Made by a program: the position numbers and the translations under genes
Shown: positions 17,091 to 25,952 of the stretch, in pieces
How the letters are laid out: each line of letters starts with the position of its first letter
Numbering within the stretch: the stretch's first letter is position 1
The notes under the pieces: model-generated
Told to the model about the DNA's origin: nothing
What the model saw: the letters and a program-made list of their open reading frames with translations, nothing else
Databases searched by the model: none
DNA from: Candidatus Woesearchaeota archaeon
GTDB lineage: Archaea; Nanobdellota; Nanobdellia; Pacearchaeales; GW2011-AR1
Direction of reading: 5' to 3'
DNA: 54,298 nucleotides
Assembly (NCBI GenBank): GCA_964482915.1
Contig: CAYZYU010000001.1
Span: 34,266-88,563, forward strand

Positions 17091-18302
17091 ATGACAGAGG
17101 CGATAAAATTTGAAGCTATAAAAAAAGTTGCAGATGTGGGATTTAAAATAAAAGATTTCAGCAAGATCTCTAAAATAGATTCGATTTCTCCCCCAAGTGT
17201 TTTTATAGGTTCTAAGTTAAAATATCCTTTAGTAAATGTAGGAATATTAAGTCCTTTGAATAGGGATGAAAATTCTTGGCTTTATGATGATGCTAAATAT
17301 TGGGCAGACAATAATCTTAATATTGAAGAAGTGATGAGTTTAAGAAATGGTCTTCTTAATTCAAGATTCCAGGCAAAAGTAAGTGATATAAGACTTAATA
17401 AGAAATTTGTGGAGATTGCTAAAGATGTTGCAATTTCCTCAAGACAGGTTGATGTTGAGATTGAATTGAAAAATAGATTAATCGTGGGCAGAGAAAAGGA
17501 CAAGATATTAACTCCTCATGGTATGAGGGCAGGATTAAAAAGTGTAGAAATAACTGGTAATGTAAAAATTGATAAGAAAGTTGATAAAGTCATAAACGAC
17601 GAGATAAAAGCTTCAGAAGCAATTGAATATTTGTATAACAATGAATTTAATGAATATACTCTGAGTAAAATATTAAGTGTAGGAGTGATGGGTCTTGCAA
17701 AAAATAAAAAATTAGTTCCAACAAGATGGAGTATAACTGCTACAGATGATATGCTTGGAAAACAATTCTTGAAAAATGTGAGAAATTACCCTTGGATAGA
17801 AAATTATGAATTATTTTTTGGAGAGTTTATGGGCAATCAATATATTCTTTTAATGTTTCCTAATGTATGGAGTTATGAATTATTTGAATTATACTTACCT
17901 CACAGCTCTTGGAACCCTGGACAGGAGATAAAAGCATCTACAGATATTGAAGGATATCATGGGAGAAAGACCTACGCATTTGATACTGCTGGAGGATATT
18001 ATGCTTCTAGATTTGCAGTTCTTGAATATCTAAATTCAATAAAGAGACAGGCTAGTGTAATTGCAATAAGGATTGAAACTCCAAGTTATTGGGCTGCTCT
18101 TGGTGTTTGGGTTGTAAGGGAGAGTGTAAAAAAAGCATTGAAGAAGGAAATGAAATTTGCTGACAGAGCTGAACTTATTGAAAGTGTTAGAAAAATAGGT
18201 AAGATAAAATACAATTTTGATTTTGCAAATATTCTTGATAGAAGCAAATTGTTAAAAGAAAGAAAAGAACAGAAAAGTTTGAATGATTTTGTGAAAGTTT
18301 AG
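17091..18302 (+). CDS. nreA: NreA-like protein (DUF650/DUF651 family, archaeal DNA repair associated)
   Basis: PPSVFIGSKLKYPLVNVGILSP and VPTRWSITATDD resemble the Nre family as I remember it. Lies next to radB. Confidence 0.55.
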   Translation: MTEAIKFEAIKKVADVGFKIKDFSKISKIDSISPPSVFIGSKLKYPLVNVGILSPLNRDENSWLYDDAKYWADNNLNIEEVMSLRNGLLNSRFQAKVSDIRLNKKFVEIAKDVAISSRQVDVEIELKNRLIVGREKDKILTPHGMRAGLKSVEITGNVKIDKKVDKVINDEIKASEAIEYLYNNEFNEYTLSKILSVGVMGLAKNKKLVPTRWSITATDDMLGKQFLKNVRNYPWIENYELFFGEFMGNQYILLMFPNVWSYELFELYLPHSSWNPGQEIKASTDIEGYHGRKTYAFDTAGGYYASRFAVLEYLNSIKRQASVIAIRIETPSYWAALGVWVVRESVKKALKKEMKFADRAELIESVRKIGKIKYNFDFANILDRSKLLKERKEQKSLNDFVKV

Positions 18303-20680
18303 TTTTCTTTTTTCTCTTCCATATTCTTTTTTTCTGCCCATGCTTTATTTGTTGGGCATTGTGGATTGAAGCAGAAAGTCCATGGTCTTTTACCTTTAGA
18401 TAATCTTGTTAACATTGGCCATTGACATTCTTCACAATTTTTATCTGCTTTCTGTATTTGCCCGTTAGGGGGAAGACTGTAAGTGTTTTTACAATCAGGG
18501 TAAGCATTACAACTCACAAAAAATCTTCGTGTTTTTTTAGAATAATTTATAGATAAATCGCCTTTTCCACATTTAGGACATCTTATTATTGCATTTTCCC
18601 TTTTTTGTTGTTCTCTGTATTCTATATTTGCATCCACGAGTTCTTGTCCTATTTTGCTTTTATGCTTTTCAAAATCTTTTGATATATTTGTTATGGTTGT
18701 TTTTGCTTTTTCTATTATATCTGTTTCTTTTTTCTCTTGTTTTGATTTATCATGCATTCTTTGTATATTTTCCATTTCTAATTCAAAATCTCTTGTAAGT
18801 TTTTCATCGATGATTATTGGAGAATATTTGTCTAATGTGTTTATTAGGGATATTCCAAGCGGGGTTGCCTGTATACTCTGCCCTTCTACATACCCTCTAT
18901 CATACAATGTCTCAACAATTGCAGAGCGTGTTGCCTTTGTTCCTAGGTTTCTTTTTTCAAGTTCAGAGATTATAGATGCAGGAGAAAATCTTTTTGGAGG
19001 CTGTGTCTCTTTTTGTTCTGTTCTTGAATCAATTATCTCTCCTTTTCCTTCCATATCTGGAATTTCTTCTTCTTTAAGTTTTGTCGGATAAATCTCCATC
19101 CAGGATTTTCTTGCTATTGATTGTCCTTTTTTTGAGAATATTAAATCATTAAGAGTAGCTTTTACTGTTTTATTATCTATTAAGGCATCTTCACAGAATA
19201 AACTTAAGAATCTTTTTACAATCAATTTGTATATCTTATCTTCCTCTCCAGAGAGTATCTGGGTATTTCCTGTTGGATAAATTGAAGGATGAGCAGGATC
19301 TGTTTTATTTCCTTCAACGGGTTTATCTCTTGTTATTAATTTTTCAGCTTTGAAATCTTTTGCCAGTTTTTTTAATATTTCTTTATAACCTATTGAAGGA
19401 GGTAGTTTTTGAGAAGAAGTTCTTGGATAAGAAATTAATCCTGCTAAATAAAGAGATTGAGCAATCTGAAGGGTTTTTGATGGTGTTATGCCATAGAATT
19501 TATATGCTTCTGTCTGAAGGGTTGTTAGGTTAAATGGAGAAGGAGGAGGTATTTTTTCTTGTTGTTTTATTGTTTCAAGAGAAACTTCTTTTCCTTTTAG
19601 ATTATCGAATTTTTTTAATTGTGTTTTATCAAAAATATCTTTTATATATTTTAATTCAAGTTTGTGCTTTTTATTTAAAACAGTTATGAATATCTGCCAA
19701 TATGGCTTTGATTTGAATGCAAGTATCTCTTTTTCTTTTTCTACTATCATATGCAAAGCAGGTCCTTGAACTCTTCCTATTGACATTATCTTGAATTTTC
19801 CTGTTGTCTTTATAGAATTCATCAAAGCTCTGGAAAGATTTATACCATAAAACCAATCTAAATAATGCCTGGTCTCTCCTGCAATTGCTTGTCCCCAATT
19901 TATATTTTTAGATTTGTTTTCATAAGCCTGTTCAAGTTCTGGTTTCGTTAATGTTGAGAATTTCATACGTGAAGCATCTTGCTGATCACAGATGTATCTT
20001 ATTATATTCATACCAATCACTTCTCCTTCAATATCATAATCTGTAGCGACGGTTAATGAAGAGGATTCCTTTGCGAGTTTCAATATTGAATCATAATATC
20101 TTTTTGTAAAATCTCCTCTCTTTGCCAGGAAGTTTGGAACCCAGGATATGTCAAATACTGGAATTTGATATCCTCCGTTTTTTTGCTTCAATGTAAACAA
20201 ATGTCCAACAGCACAGGCAACAACTATCTTTTTATCTCCTCTTTTTACTTCGTAATATGGAACTTTATTAAAATTTTTTTGAGAAGGAGTTCCCAAGGCA
20301 CTTGCAATCTTTAATGCAGCCTGTGGTTTTTCTGTTATTATTAATTCATAACCTTTTTCTTTTAATTTAATTTTAGGATGAGAATACTCTTCTGCTTTTT
20401 TGGATTTCTTCACTTTCTTTTTCAAGACAGTAAATTTCTCAACTTGTTCAATTTGTTTTTTTGCTGGTTTTTTGTAAGATTTTTCAATAGCCCCCTGAGT
20501 TATTATTTCCTGTTGAATTGGTTTAACACTTTTCTCAGTTATATTCTTAAGAATATCTTCTTTTGGAAGAGCTTCTTTTACTCTTTTTTCTGTTGCATAC
20601 TTTAAGTCAGATTTATCTACTTTGAAATTGTTCTCTACAGCTATCTCTTCTTTGGACTTTTCTTGTTTCTTTTTTACCAT
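18299..20680 (-). CDS. topA: DNA topoisomerase, type IA
   Basis: Toprim start LIITEKPQAA, DYDIEGE, ISYPRTSSQ (active-site Tyr region), C-terminal zinc ribbons (CPKCGKG..CNAYPDC; CEECQWP). Lys-rich ~100-aa N-terminal extension. Confidence 0.9.
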   Translation of the reverse strand: MVKKKQEKSKEEIAVENNFKVDKSDLKYATEKRVKEALPKEDILKNITEKSVKPIQQEIITQGAIEKSYKKPAKKQIEQVEKFTVLKKKVKKSKKAEEYSHPKIKLKEKGYELIITEKPQAALKIASALGTPSQKNFNKVPYYEVKRGDKKIVVACAVGHLFTLKQKNGGYQIPVFDISWVPNFLAKRGDFTKRYYDSILKLAKESSSLTVATDYDIEGEVIGMNIIRYICDQQDASRMKFSTLTKPELEQAYENKSKNINWGQAIAGETRHYLDWFYGINLSRALMNSIKTTGKFKIMSIGRVQGPALHMIVEKEKEILAFKSKPYWQIFITVLNKKHKLELKYIKDIFDKTQLKKFDNLKGKEVSLETIKQQEKIPPPSPFNLTTLQTEAYKFYGITPSKTLQIAQSLYLAGLISYPRTSSQKLPPSIGYKEILKKLAKDFKAEKLITRDKPVEGNKTDPAHPSIYPTGNTQILSGEEDKIYKLIVKRFLSLFCEDALIDNKTVKATLNDLIFSKKGQSIARKSWMEIYPTKLKEEEIPDMEGKGEIIDSRTEQKETQPPKRFSPASIISELEKRNLGTKATRSAIVETLYDRGYVEGQSIQATPLGISLINTLDKYSPIIIDEKLTRDFELEMENIQRMHDKSKQEKKETDIIEKAKTTITNISKDFEKHKSKIGQELVDANIEYREQQKRENAIIRCPKCGKGDLSINYSKKTRRFFVSCNAYPDCKNTYSLPPNGQIQKADKNCEECQWPMLTRLSKGKRPWTFCFNPQCPTNKAWAEKKNMEEKKEN

Positions 20681-20726
20681 TCTATTAGAATTAGGGTGTT
20701 TTCTGTCTTTTTATAAATTTTGTGTG

Positions 20727-21356
20727 TTAGATTTCAAAGATAGTTGGCTTTCTTGCAACATGAATTACTTTAGTTTTTCCAATTTTCTCTTGAAGACCGC
20801 CTGCTTCATGAATATGAGCTGAAATTAAAACATCTGGTTTGAATTCTTTTATTGCTTTTTCAACAGCTTTAGAACCTGGAAATCCGGAGAATTCTGCTAC
20901 ACTTCCTTTTGGATGAGCATGTGTAACCATAATCTTTTTTTTCAAATCTTTTATTTTATCATTTCCTTTTTTTAATATTTTGAATATTTCTTCATCTTCA
21001 ACAAAGAAAGGTCCTGTTGCAGATTCATAACCAGAACCAAATATTCCTATATCTCCTTTTATTACAGAATATCCATGGACATGTCTTGTTCCAGGATAGA
21101 TTTGTGTAAGTGGAGTTATTGTGGACATTGTTTCATGATTCCCCGGTATTAGAATAACTTCCTTTTTTTCTTTTATGAAAGGACCTATTAAGTTTTTTGT
21201 TGAATTTTCAAGGAAAGTTAAATCTCCTGCAATTATAACTAAATCCACATTTTCATCTTTTGCTTTTTTTGCTAATTTTTCTACTAGTTTGCTATCTCCA
21301 TGAATATCTCCTACAGCAAGAATTCTTGTTTTTTTGTTTTTATCCTTGTTTTCCAT
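20727..21356 (-). CDS. metallophosphoesterase (calcineurin-like, YfcE/MJ0936-type)
   Basis: VGDIHGD, AGDL, GNHE, THAHP, SAHIH motif series. Confidence 0.85.
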   Translation of the reverse strand: MENKDKNKKTRILAVGDIHGDSKLVEKLAKKAKDENVDLVIIAGDLTFLENSTKNLIGPFIKEKKEVILIPGNHETMSTITPLTQIYPGTRHVHGYSVIKGDIGIFGSGYESATGPFFVEDEEIFKILKKGNDKIKDLKKKIMVTHAHPKGSVAEFSGFPGSKAVEKAIKEFKPDVLISAHIHEAGGLQEKIGKTKVIHVARKPTIFEI

Positions 21357-21390
21357 AGATGATAAAATAAGAATTGGTTAATAAGGGTTT

Positions 21391-21615
21391 TTATTGAGAG
21401 TTTGTTTTTTCTTTATATTCTTTAGCAGGAGTATATGTTATTTTTTTGTTATTATGGTCATATGTAAAATATCCGATAGTCTTACTATTATTTTTATTTA
21501 ATATTGGAGCTTCATCGGGATGTCTTCCAATTTCCATTAATTCTTCATGAGTATGTCCCATCATTCTTTCAAATTTCATAGAAATTCTTAATCTATCTGA
21601 TAATTCCTCACCCAT
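21391..21615 (-). CDS. hypothetical small protein
   Basis: 74-aa ORF with no motif. Confidence 0.5.
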   Translation of the reverse strand: MGEELSDRLRISMKFERMMGHTHEELMEIGRHPDEAPILNKNNSKTIGYFTYDHNNKKITYTPAKEYKEKTNSQ

Positions 21616-21769
21616 CTTATTAAGGTTAATTTTCTACCGTATTTATATTTTGTTGTAATTAAAAAATCATTAAATTTTCATCAAAACTATGTAGTGAATA
21701 TATACATTACAAAACATTTAAAAGGATGATATTGTCTGGATATATACTTTAAATAAGACACCTCAAAAA

Positions 21770-22048
21770 ATGGAAACAGAAATAAAAGATAACTTTGACA
21801 TCTTTTTCCGAAGGAAACCAGCTTTAATGCTTGTTTCTCTGAAAAAGAACACAAGGATGAGGTACGGTAGTATTCTGGCTAAAGAAGTGGATTGCACTTA
21901 CAGCCATGCAGTAAAAATTCTGCAGACTTTAGAAGAACTTAAGTTAGTAGATTTTGAAAAAAAGGGGAGAATTAAGGTGATAAAACTAACTAAGAAAGGA
22001 ATTGAAGTTGCAGAGGCTATTGAGAATATTCAAAAGCTAATAAGATAA
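21770..22048 (+). CDS. winged-helix transcriptional regulator
   Basis: RYGSILAKEVDCTYSHAVKILQTLEELKLVDFEKKGRIKVIKLTKKG is an HTH plus wing pattern. Confidence 0.65.
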   Translation: METEIKDNFDIFFRRKPALMLVSLKKNTRMRYGSILAKEVDCTYSHAVKILQTLEELKLVDFEKKGRIKVIKLTKKGIEVAEAIENIQKLIR

Positions 22049-22164
22049 GATTGCAGCGGAGGTGATTGCCGCACAAAATCCCTTAAGGGAATGAAAAGAA
22101 CTAATTGTTATAATTAGTTATTTTAATAGTAATTTTTATTAAGGTCTTTTTCTTTTTTTTATTT

Positions 22165-22509
22165 ATGGATAAATATAAAGGAATAAAATTCCCTCCGTTG
22201 ACCAATAAAGAAATTGAAGAAAAGTACAAAGAGGCGCAAGAAGAGATGACAGAAGTATTAGAATGGAAGAAAGAAGAGGAAGCAAGGCTTAATGATAAAA
22301 AATCCAAACCTCAGGCAATAAGCGCAGCTAAAAGGGCTCTCGTTAAGGTTGAGAGAAGAATTAATACTGTAAATGGTAATATTTTATACTGGAAGCTTAG
22401 GAAAGAAGGAAAAAGCCATTTCTATGCTAACCTTGAAAGAACTGAATACTGGGATAAGCTGAAGAAGGGTGGTTCTGATGAGAGTGGTGAAGAAAGTGAT
22501 GAAGATTAA
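22165..22509 (+). CDS. hypothetical charged protein
   Basis: 114-aa K/E-rich ORF with an acidic tail. Confidence 0.55.
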   Translation: MDKYKGIKFPPLTNKEIEEKYKEAQEEMTEVLEWKKEEEARLNDKKSKPQAISAAKRALVKVERRINTVNGNILYWKLRKEGKSHFYANLERTEYWDKLKKGGSDESGEESDED

Positions 22510-22555
22510 CCTCAATTACAATAATCCTTATTAATGATCTGAATTAGGGTTATCC

Positions 22556-23026
22556 ATGAGGAAATATGTTTATGAGGTTCCTGTTATCTCTCCTAGAGAA
22601 AGTTCGTTTTCTGGGAGTGATTATAATTTTCATGCTATTCTTGATGGAAAATTAGGAATAATTGCTAGAAATAAAGAGATTAATGATAATTCTTATAACA
22701 GATTAAAAAAAGAAGGAATTGAGATAGTAAAATCTTATTTATCTTATATGGATAAAAAATATAATCAGATGCCTTATCAGTTTGTAGAAGGCAGTTGGTT
22801 AGTTCATGCAATATGCGTTCCAGGAGATGCATGCGATTTAGCGTTAAGTGAAATGAGTATGAGAGATTTTTTGAACGAAGGGCTGAAGAAATTTGATCAC
22901 CAACGTACTCCAATTTGGGTGGATTATACTGGACATAATGTAGATAATATTAATCAAGCTAGATGTTTAAGAGAATTATTCATAAATTGGGCAAATCTTG
23001 TTAATATTTGTTTTAATAATGATTAA
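22556..23026 (+). CDS. hypothetical protein
   Basis: 156-aa ORF with no motif. Confidence 0.6.
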   Translation: MRKYVYEVPVISPRESSFSGSDYNFHAILDGKLGIIARNKEINDNSYNRLKKEGIEIVKSYLSYMDKKYNQMPYQFVEGSWLVHAICVPGDACDLALSEMSMRDFLNEGLKKFDHQRTPIWVDYTGHNVDNINQARCLRELFINWANLVNICFNND

Positions 23027-23373
23027 CTGGTTTTTCTTCCAATTCGTTCCGAGAAACCACACTTCCCACATTTTAACAAAATAAGATTATCTTCATCAGA
23101 ATAAAAAACTCCTAAATCAAGTATCTGTGCTTTATCATACCCGCATTTTTTGCATAAATTGGAGTAGTTTGCAAATTCATTTATACTATCTTTAATTCCT
23201 TCTCCTTTTTCTTTTTGTTTTTCTATTATCTCACTAAAAGAAAGAGTTGTTGTTTCTCCTGTTTTTGTTAGTTTGAACTCTTGACAATTATCACAAAAGG
23301 AATAAGATTTATCTTTGTCTATCTTTCCGCTTCTTACAATTCCTCCGCATTTATTACAAAAATTTAATGGCAT
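23023..23373 (-). CDS. dual zinc-ribbon protein, TFS/RpoM-like paralog
   Basis: Trimmed to ATG 23373 (MPLNFCNKCGG). N-terminal CxxC..CxxC. C-terminal ribbon CKKCGYDKAQILDLGVFYSDEDNLILLKCGKCG parallels the TFIIS-type ribbon of tfs at 24843-25148. Confidence 0.5.
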   Translation of the reverse strand: MPLNFCNKCGGIVRSGKIDKDKSYSFCDNCQEFKLTKTGETTTLSFSEIIEKQKEKGEGIKDSINEFANYSNLCKKCGYDKAQILDLGVFYSDEDNLILLKCGKCGFSERIGRKTS

Positions 23374-23378
23374 TTTAA

Positions 23379-23471
23379 AAATAAAGTGACCCCGATTATT
23401 CGAGCCCACACTGGATTATGGATTCTCTCGTGTAAACTCTCAGGATTTGAAGTTCAAATCCTTTTTTATTT
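23379..23471 (-). pseudogene. decayed tRNA-Lys-like remnant ending in an exact 18-nt copy of the tRNA-Lys 3' end plus trailer
   Basis: 23379-23396 is identical to 23472-23489 (AUCGGGGUCACUUUAUUU). Upstream, GUGGGCUCGAAU versus T arm GUGGGUUCAAAU matches 10 of 12. CAUAAUCCAG versus the anticodon-arm CUUAAUCUAG matches 8 of 10. No foldable cloverleaf. Confidence 0.5.
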
Positions 23472-23479
23472 AAATAAAG

Positions 23480-23554
23480 TGACCCCGATGGGATTTGAAC
23501 CCACGACACCTAGATTAAGAGTCTAGTGCTCTAGCCAGGCTGAGCTACGGAGTC
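23480..23554 (-). tRNA. tRNA-Lys (anticodon CUU)
   Basis: 75 nt, hand-folded. Acceptor GACUCCG/CGGGGUC (one G-U), D stem GCUC/GAGC, anticodon stem CUAGA/UCUAG, loop CU-CUU-AA, T arm GUGGG-UUCAAAU-CCCAU, discriminator A. No CCA. Confidence 0.9.
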
Positions 23555-23578
23555 ATCTTGTTTAATTATACTCTATAT

Positions 23579-23629
23579 TCAGGATGGCTTGTTCGTAAGA
23601 ACTTTAGCCAGGCTGAGCTACGGAGTCAT
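23579..23629 (-). repeat. exact 25-nt copy of the tRNA-Lys 5' end fused to the conserved 26-nt hairpin element
   Basis: 23605-23629 is identical to 23532-23556. 23579-23604 reads AAGUUCUUACGAACAAGCCAUCCUGA on the minus strand, the same element as 2518-2544. Confidence 0.85.
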
Positions 23630-23648
23630 TTTTACCTAAAAAAGATAG

Positions 23649-23657
23649 AATAAATTT
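23649..23657 (-). promoter_or_regulatory. TATA-like box (AAATTTATT) placed for a start at the outer tRNA-Lys 5' fragment
   Basis: Spans about -30 to -22 relative to the first G of the outer fragment. Confidence 0.4.
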
Positions 23658-23673
23658 GTTTAAAAATATGTTG

Positions 23674-24102
23674 TTAAACCCAGGCTTGCAGATTTTTCCA
23701 GTTCATATCCCCTTCTACCATTTCATCTGCTTTTTCTTTATCTATTGTACTTATGAAGATTGTTCTTTTGTTTTCAATGACTTTCAAATCCCCTTCATTA
23801 TTTATAATTGCCTTAAATATGGGTTCTTTGGAATCTTTTCCTATTGTTACTGAAGTTAGTGTATCTTCAAGAGAGGCTCCTGGAGATCCTGCTACAATAT
23901 CTTTGGGTATTTGATAAGATTGTTTAAAGAATAAGTAATAAGGATTTTCCCCGCTAATGTATTTTATTTTATAGGCACCTATCAAATCTTTTATTTGTTT
24001 ATTTGGGTTTAGAGAGGTATCAACTAACAAAGGGACTCCATTTACTTTAAGGGATTCTTCCTGTATTTTAAAATATTTTTTAGAAACTTCTTTTTCTCCC
24101 AT
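23674..24102 (-). CDS. hypothetical protein
   Basis: 142-aa ORF with no motif. Confidence 0.6.
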   Translation of the reverse strand: MGEKEVSKKYFKIQEESLKVNGVPLLVDTSLNPNKQIKDLIGAYKIKYISGENPYYLFFKQSYQIPKDIVAGSPGASLEDTLTSVTIGKDSKEPIFKAIINNEGDLKVIENKRTIFISTIDKEKADEMVEGDMNWKNLQAWV

Positions 24103-24174
24103 TTAGTTTTGATAATAATCTTCTTTAAAAGAATTATGAATATCTGTTATATATAGAAATATTATCTATATTCT

Positions 24175-24798
24175 TTATTGTTCTAATTTCTCTTTAATAT
24201 AATTAATTATTTGGGAGTGCTCTTTATTTAGAATTAAACCATACTTAACATCTTCTTTATTAAGATTATCTCTAATCATAAAATTTTCATTATTATATCC
24301 ATAGAATATCTCTGCAGATTTAACTGTTTTTTTATCTCTCTCAAATGACCTATTCATTATTAGATTTCTTATTATACCTCTTTTTACCATACAATAAGTA
24401 ATACCTTCTTTTTGACTGATTCTGCTTTCTTTTTCCCATATTTTTTTTATTAAATCACTTGATATAAAGTAAGTGTTCAAAACCTTTAGATTTTTATCAA
24501 GGAATCTTTGTCTTCCCCATTCTGTCTCTTGAATCAATCTTTTATTTGCATCGTGAAAATTATGAAATCCTAATGCATATATAATTGGTTCTTTAAAATC
24601 ATCTAATTTGTGAACTTGTTCTTCTTTTATTCTTTGACCCCATAGTATATTTCCCACTTTAGCTTCAACCCAGAAGTTTAATGTGGGATGATAAAAATCA
24701 GGCCCATCTTTATTGCCGCATGTTGAGATTAATTCAGGAAATCTTTCTTCTATAAATCTCTCAAATTTTAATCCTATGCTGTCTGTTACTTTAGACAT
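24175..24798 (-). CDS. hypothetical protein with a PD-(D/E)xK nuclease-like motif
   Basis: GPDFYHPTLNFWVEAKVG fits the D-x13-E-x-K spacing of the restriction-endonuclease fold. No methyltransferase nearby. Confidence 0.4.
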   Translation of the reverse strand: MSKVTDSIGLKFERFIEERFPELISTCGNKDGPDFYHPTLNFWVEAKVGNILWGQRIKEEQVHKLDDFKEPIIYALGFHNFHDANKRLIQETEWGRQRFLDKNLKVLNTYFISSDLIKKIWEKESRISQKEGITYCMVKRGIIRNLIMNRSFERDKKTVKSAEIFYGYNNENFMIRDNLNKEDVKYGLILNKEHSQIINYIKEKLEQ

Positions 24799-24842
24799 AC
24801 AAATTGTCCTTATCTTTAACTTAAAAGAATTAGTGTTTAAAG

Positions 24843-25148
24843 TTATCTATATTGTCTCCAAGTGTGATCGCACTTGGTGCATTTGAAGAACTTAGTTTCT
24901 GCTTCATCACCTGCACGGGTTTGTATTGTCCAAAAATAAGCCTTATCATTATCACACTTTTTACATTTTTCAACAACTATTGGGAAAGTATTCATCTCTT
25001 TCTTAACAACAGCCACTTTATTTTTCTCTTCAATTTTTTCAGAGGTTTTTATCTTTAATTTTTCTTTTGTAGAATAATCGCATCTAGCACATCCATAGTT
25101 CTTCCTCTTTTGAATTAAAACTGCTCCGCACTTTGGACAAAATTCCAT
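24843..25148 (-). CDS. tfs: transcription factor S (RNAP subunit M-like cleavage factor)
   Basis: N-terminal ribbon FCPKCG..CARC. C-terminal TFIIS ribbon CKKCDNDKAYFWTIQTRAGDEAETKFFKCTKCDHTW with the acidic DE hairpin. Confidence 0.88.
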   Translation of the reverse strand: MEFCPKCGAVLIQKRKNYGCARCDYSTKEKLKIKTSEKIEEKNKVAVVKKEMNTFPIVVEKCKKCDNDKAYFWTIQTRAGDEAETKFFKCTKCDHTWRQYR

Positions 25149-25216
25149 TGTTTTTTATTATTCTCCTTTGGCTTATTTTTGTTTAAATTTAATTAATTTA
25201 TAAAGGTTCTTATTTT

Positions 25217-25873
25217 TCATTTGCCTGTTTCAGTACAAAATCCTTTCTCATATTTTGGTCTTGAAGGTTCATAAAAGATAAGTTTTGCCCAACCCACAGA
25301 AGGTATGAGATTTAAGACAGCTTTCCCTACAATCTGGTCTTCACTTATTTTCATTTCAATATTTAATTGTCCATCATTATTATCTCCTATTGTTGAGAAT
25401 ACATATTTTTCATCTTCTTGTGTTATTTTTATTACTCTATGGATTATAGGATTTTTTTGATTGGAATTAAATATAATTACATCTCCTACTTGAATTTTCT
25501 CTGGTCTTGCCCTTACTATGAAAATTATATCTCCTTTACTAAATCCTTTTTTTAATGTAAATTCTTCAAATTCTGTTTTATCTACATTAAAATCTGCGTA
25601 TTTTGCATCATGTCTTTCCCACCAATTATCAAAATTTCCAAATATATTTCCAGAATGATACATGCTACAAGATTCTACAATTGCTAAAGGTAAGGAAGTA
25701 CCGGTCGCGAGATTTAATAGAGGGAAAAATATGAATTTTATAACTACAAAAATAAATAATAATGATATTAACCAACCCTTAAAACTGTCATCTTTCCAGA
25801 CAATTTCCCAAAATCTCTTGAGAAATTTTTTAATTTTTCCCTTATTTTCACCTCTAGTCATTAGATTAAGCAT
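25217..25873 (-). CDS. signal peptidase I (archaeal/eukaryal S26B, Sec11-like)
   Basis: N-terminal TM, VESCSMYHSG (catalytic Ser region), GDIIFIV, IIHRVIKI, GDNN. Confidence 0.75.
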   Translation of the reverse strand: MLNLMTRGENKGKIKKFLKRFWEIVWKDDSFKGWLISLLFIFVVIKFIFFPLLNLATGTSLPLAIVESCSMYHSGNIFGNFDNWWERHDAKYADFNVDKTEFEEFTLKKGFSKGDIIFIVRARPEKIQVGDVIIFNSNQKNPIIHRVIKITQEDEKYVFSTIGDNNDGQLNIEMKISEDQIVGKAVLNLIPSVGWAKLIFYEPSRPKYEKGFCTETGK

Positions 25874-25952
25874 GAAAAAGAGTTTTTAAAATGTTTGAAA
25901 ATATATTTTGGATTATAAGGATGTTTAAATAATTAAATTATTGAAAGCTTTT

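Noticed and set aside
22051-22090. A GC-rich patch with a small GCGG/CCGC hairpin and the perfect palindrome TCCCTTAAGGGA just after the winged-helix regulator gene.
   Set aside because: The stems are only 4 bp each with no flanking conservation to lean on. This is most simply a terminator or operator-like sequence, too weak to call as a feature.
23379-23660. An integrated mobile element bounded by the duplicated tRNA ends (att sites).
   Set aside because: The direct repeats are only 73-93 nt apart and enclose no ORF. No integrase, transposase or terminal inverted repeats are visible anywhere in the window. An old, almost fully deleted integration scar remains possible, and it is kept as one hypothesis in the findings.
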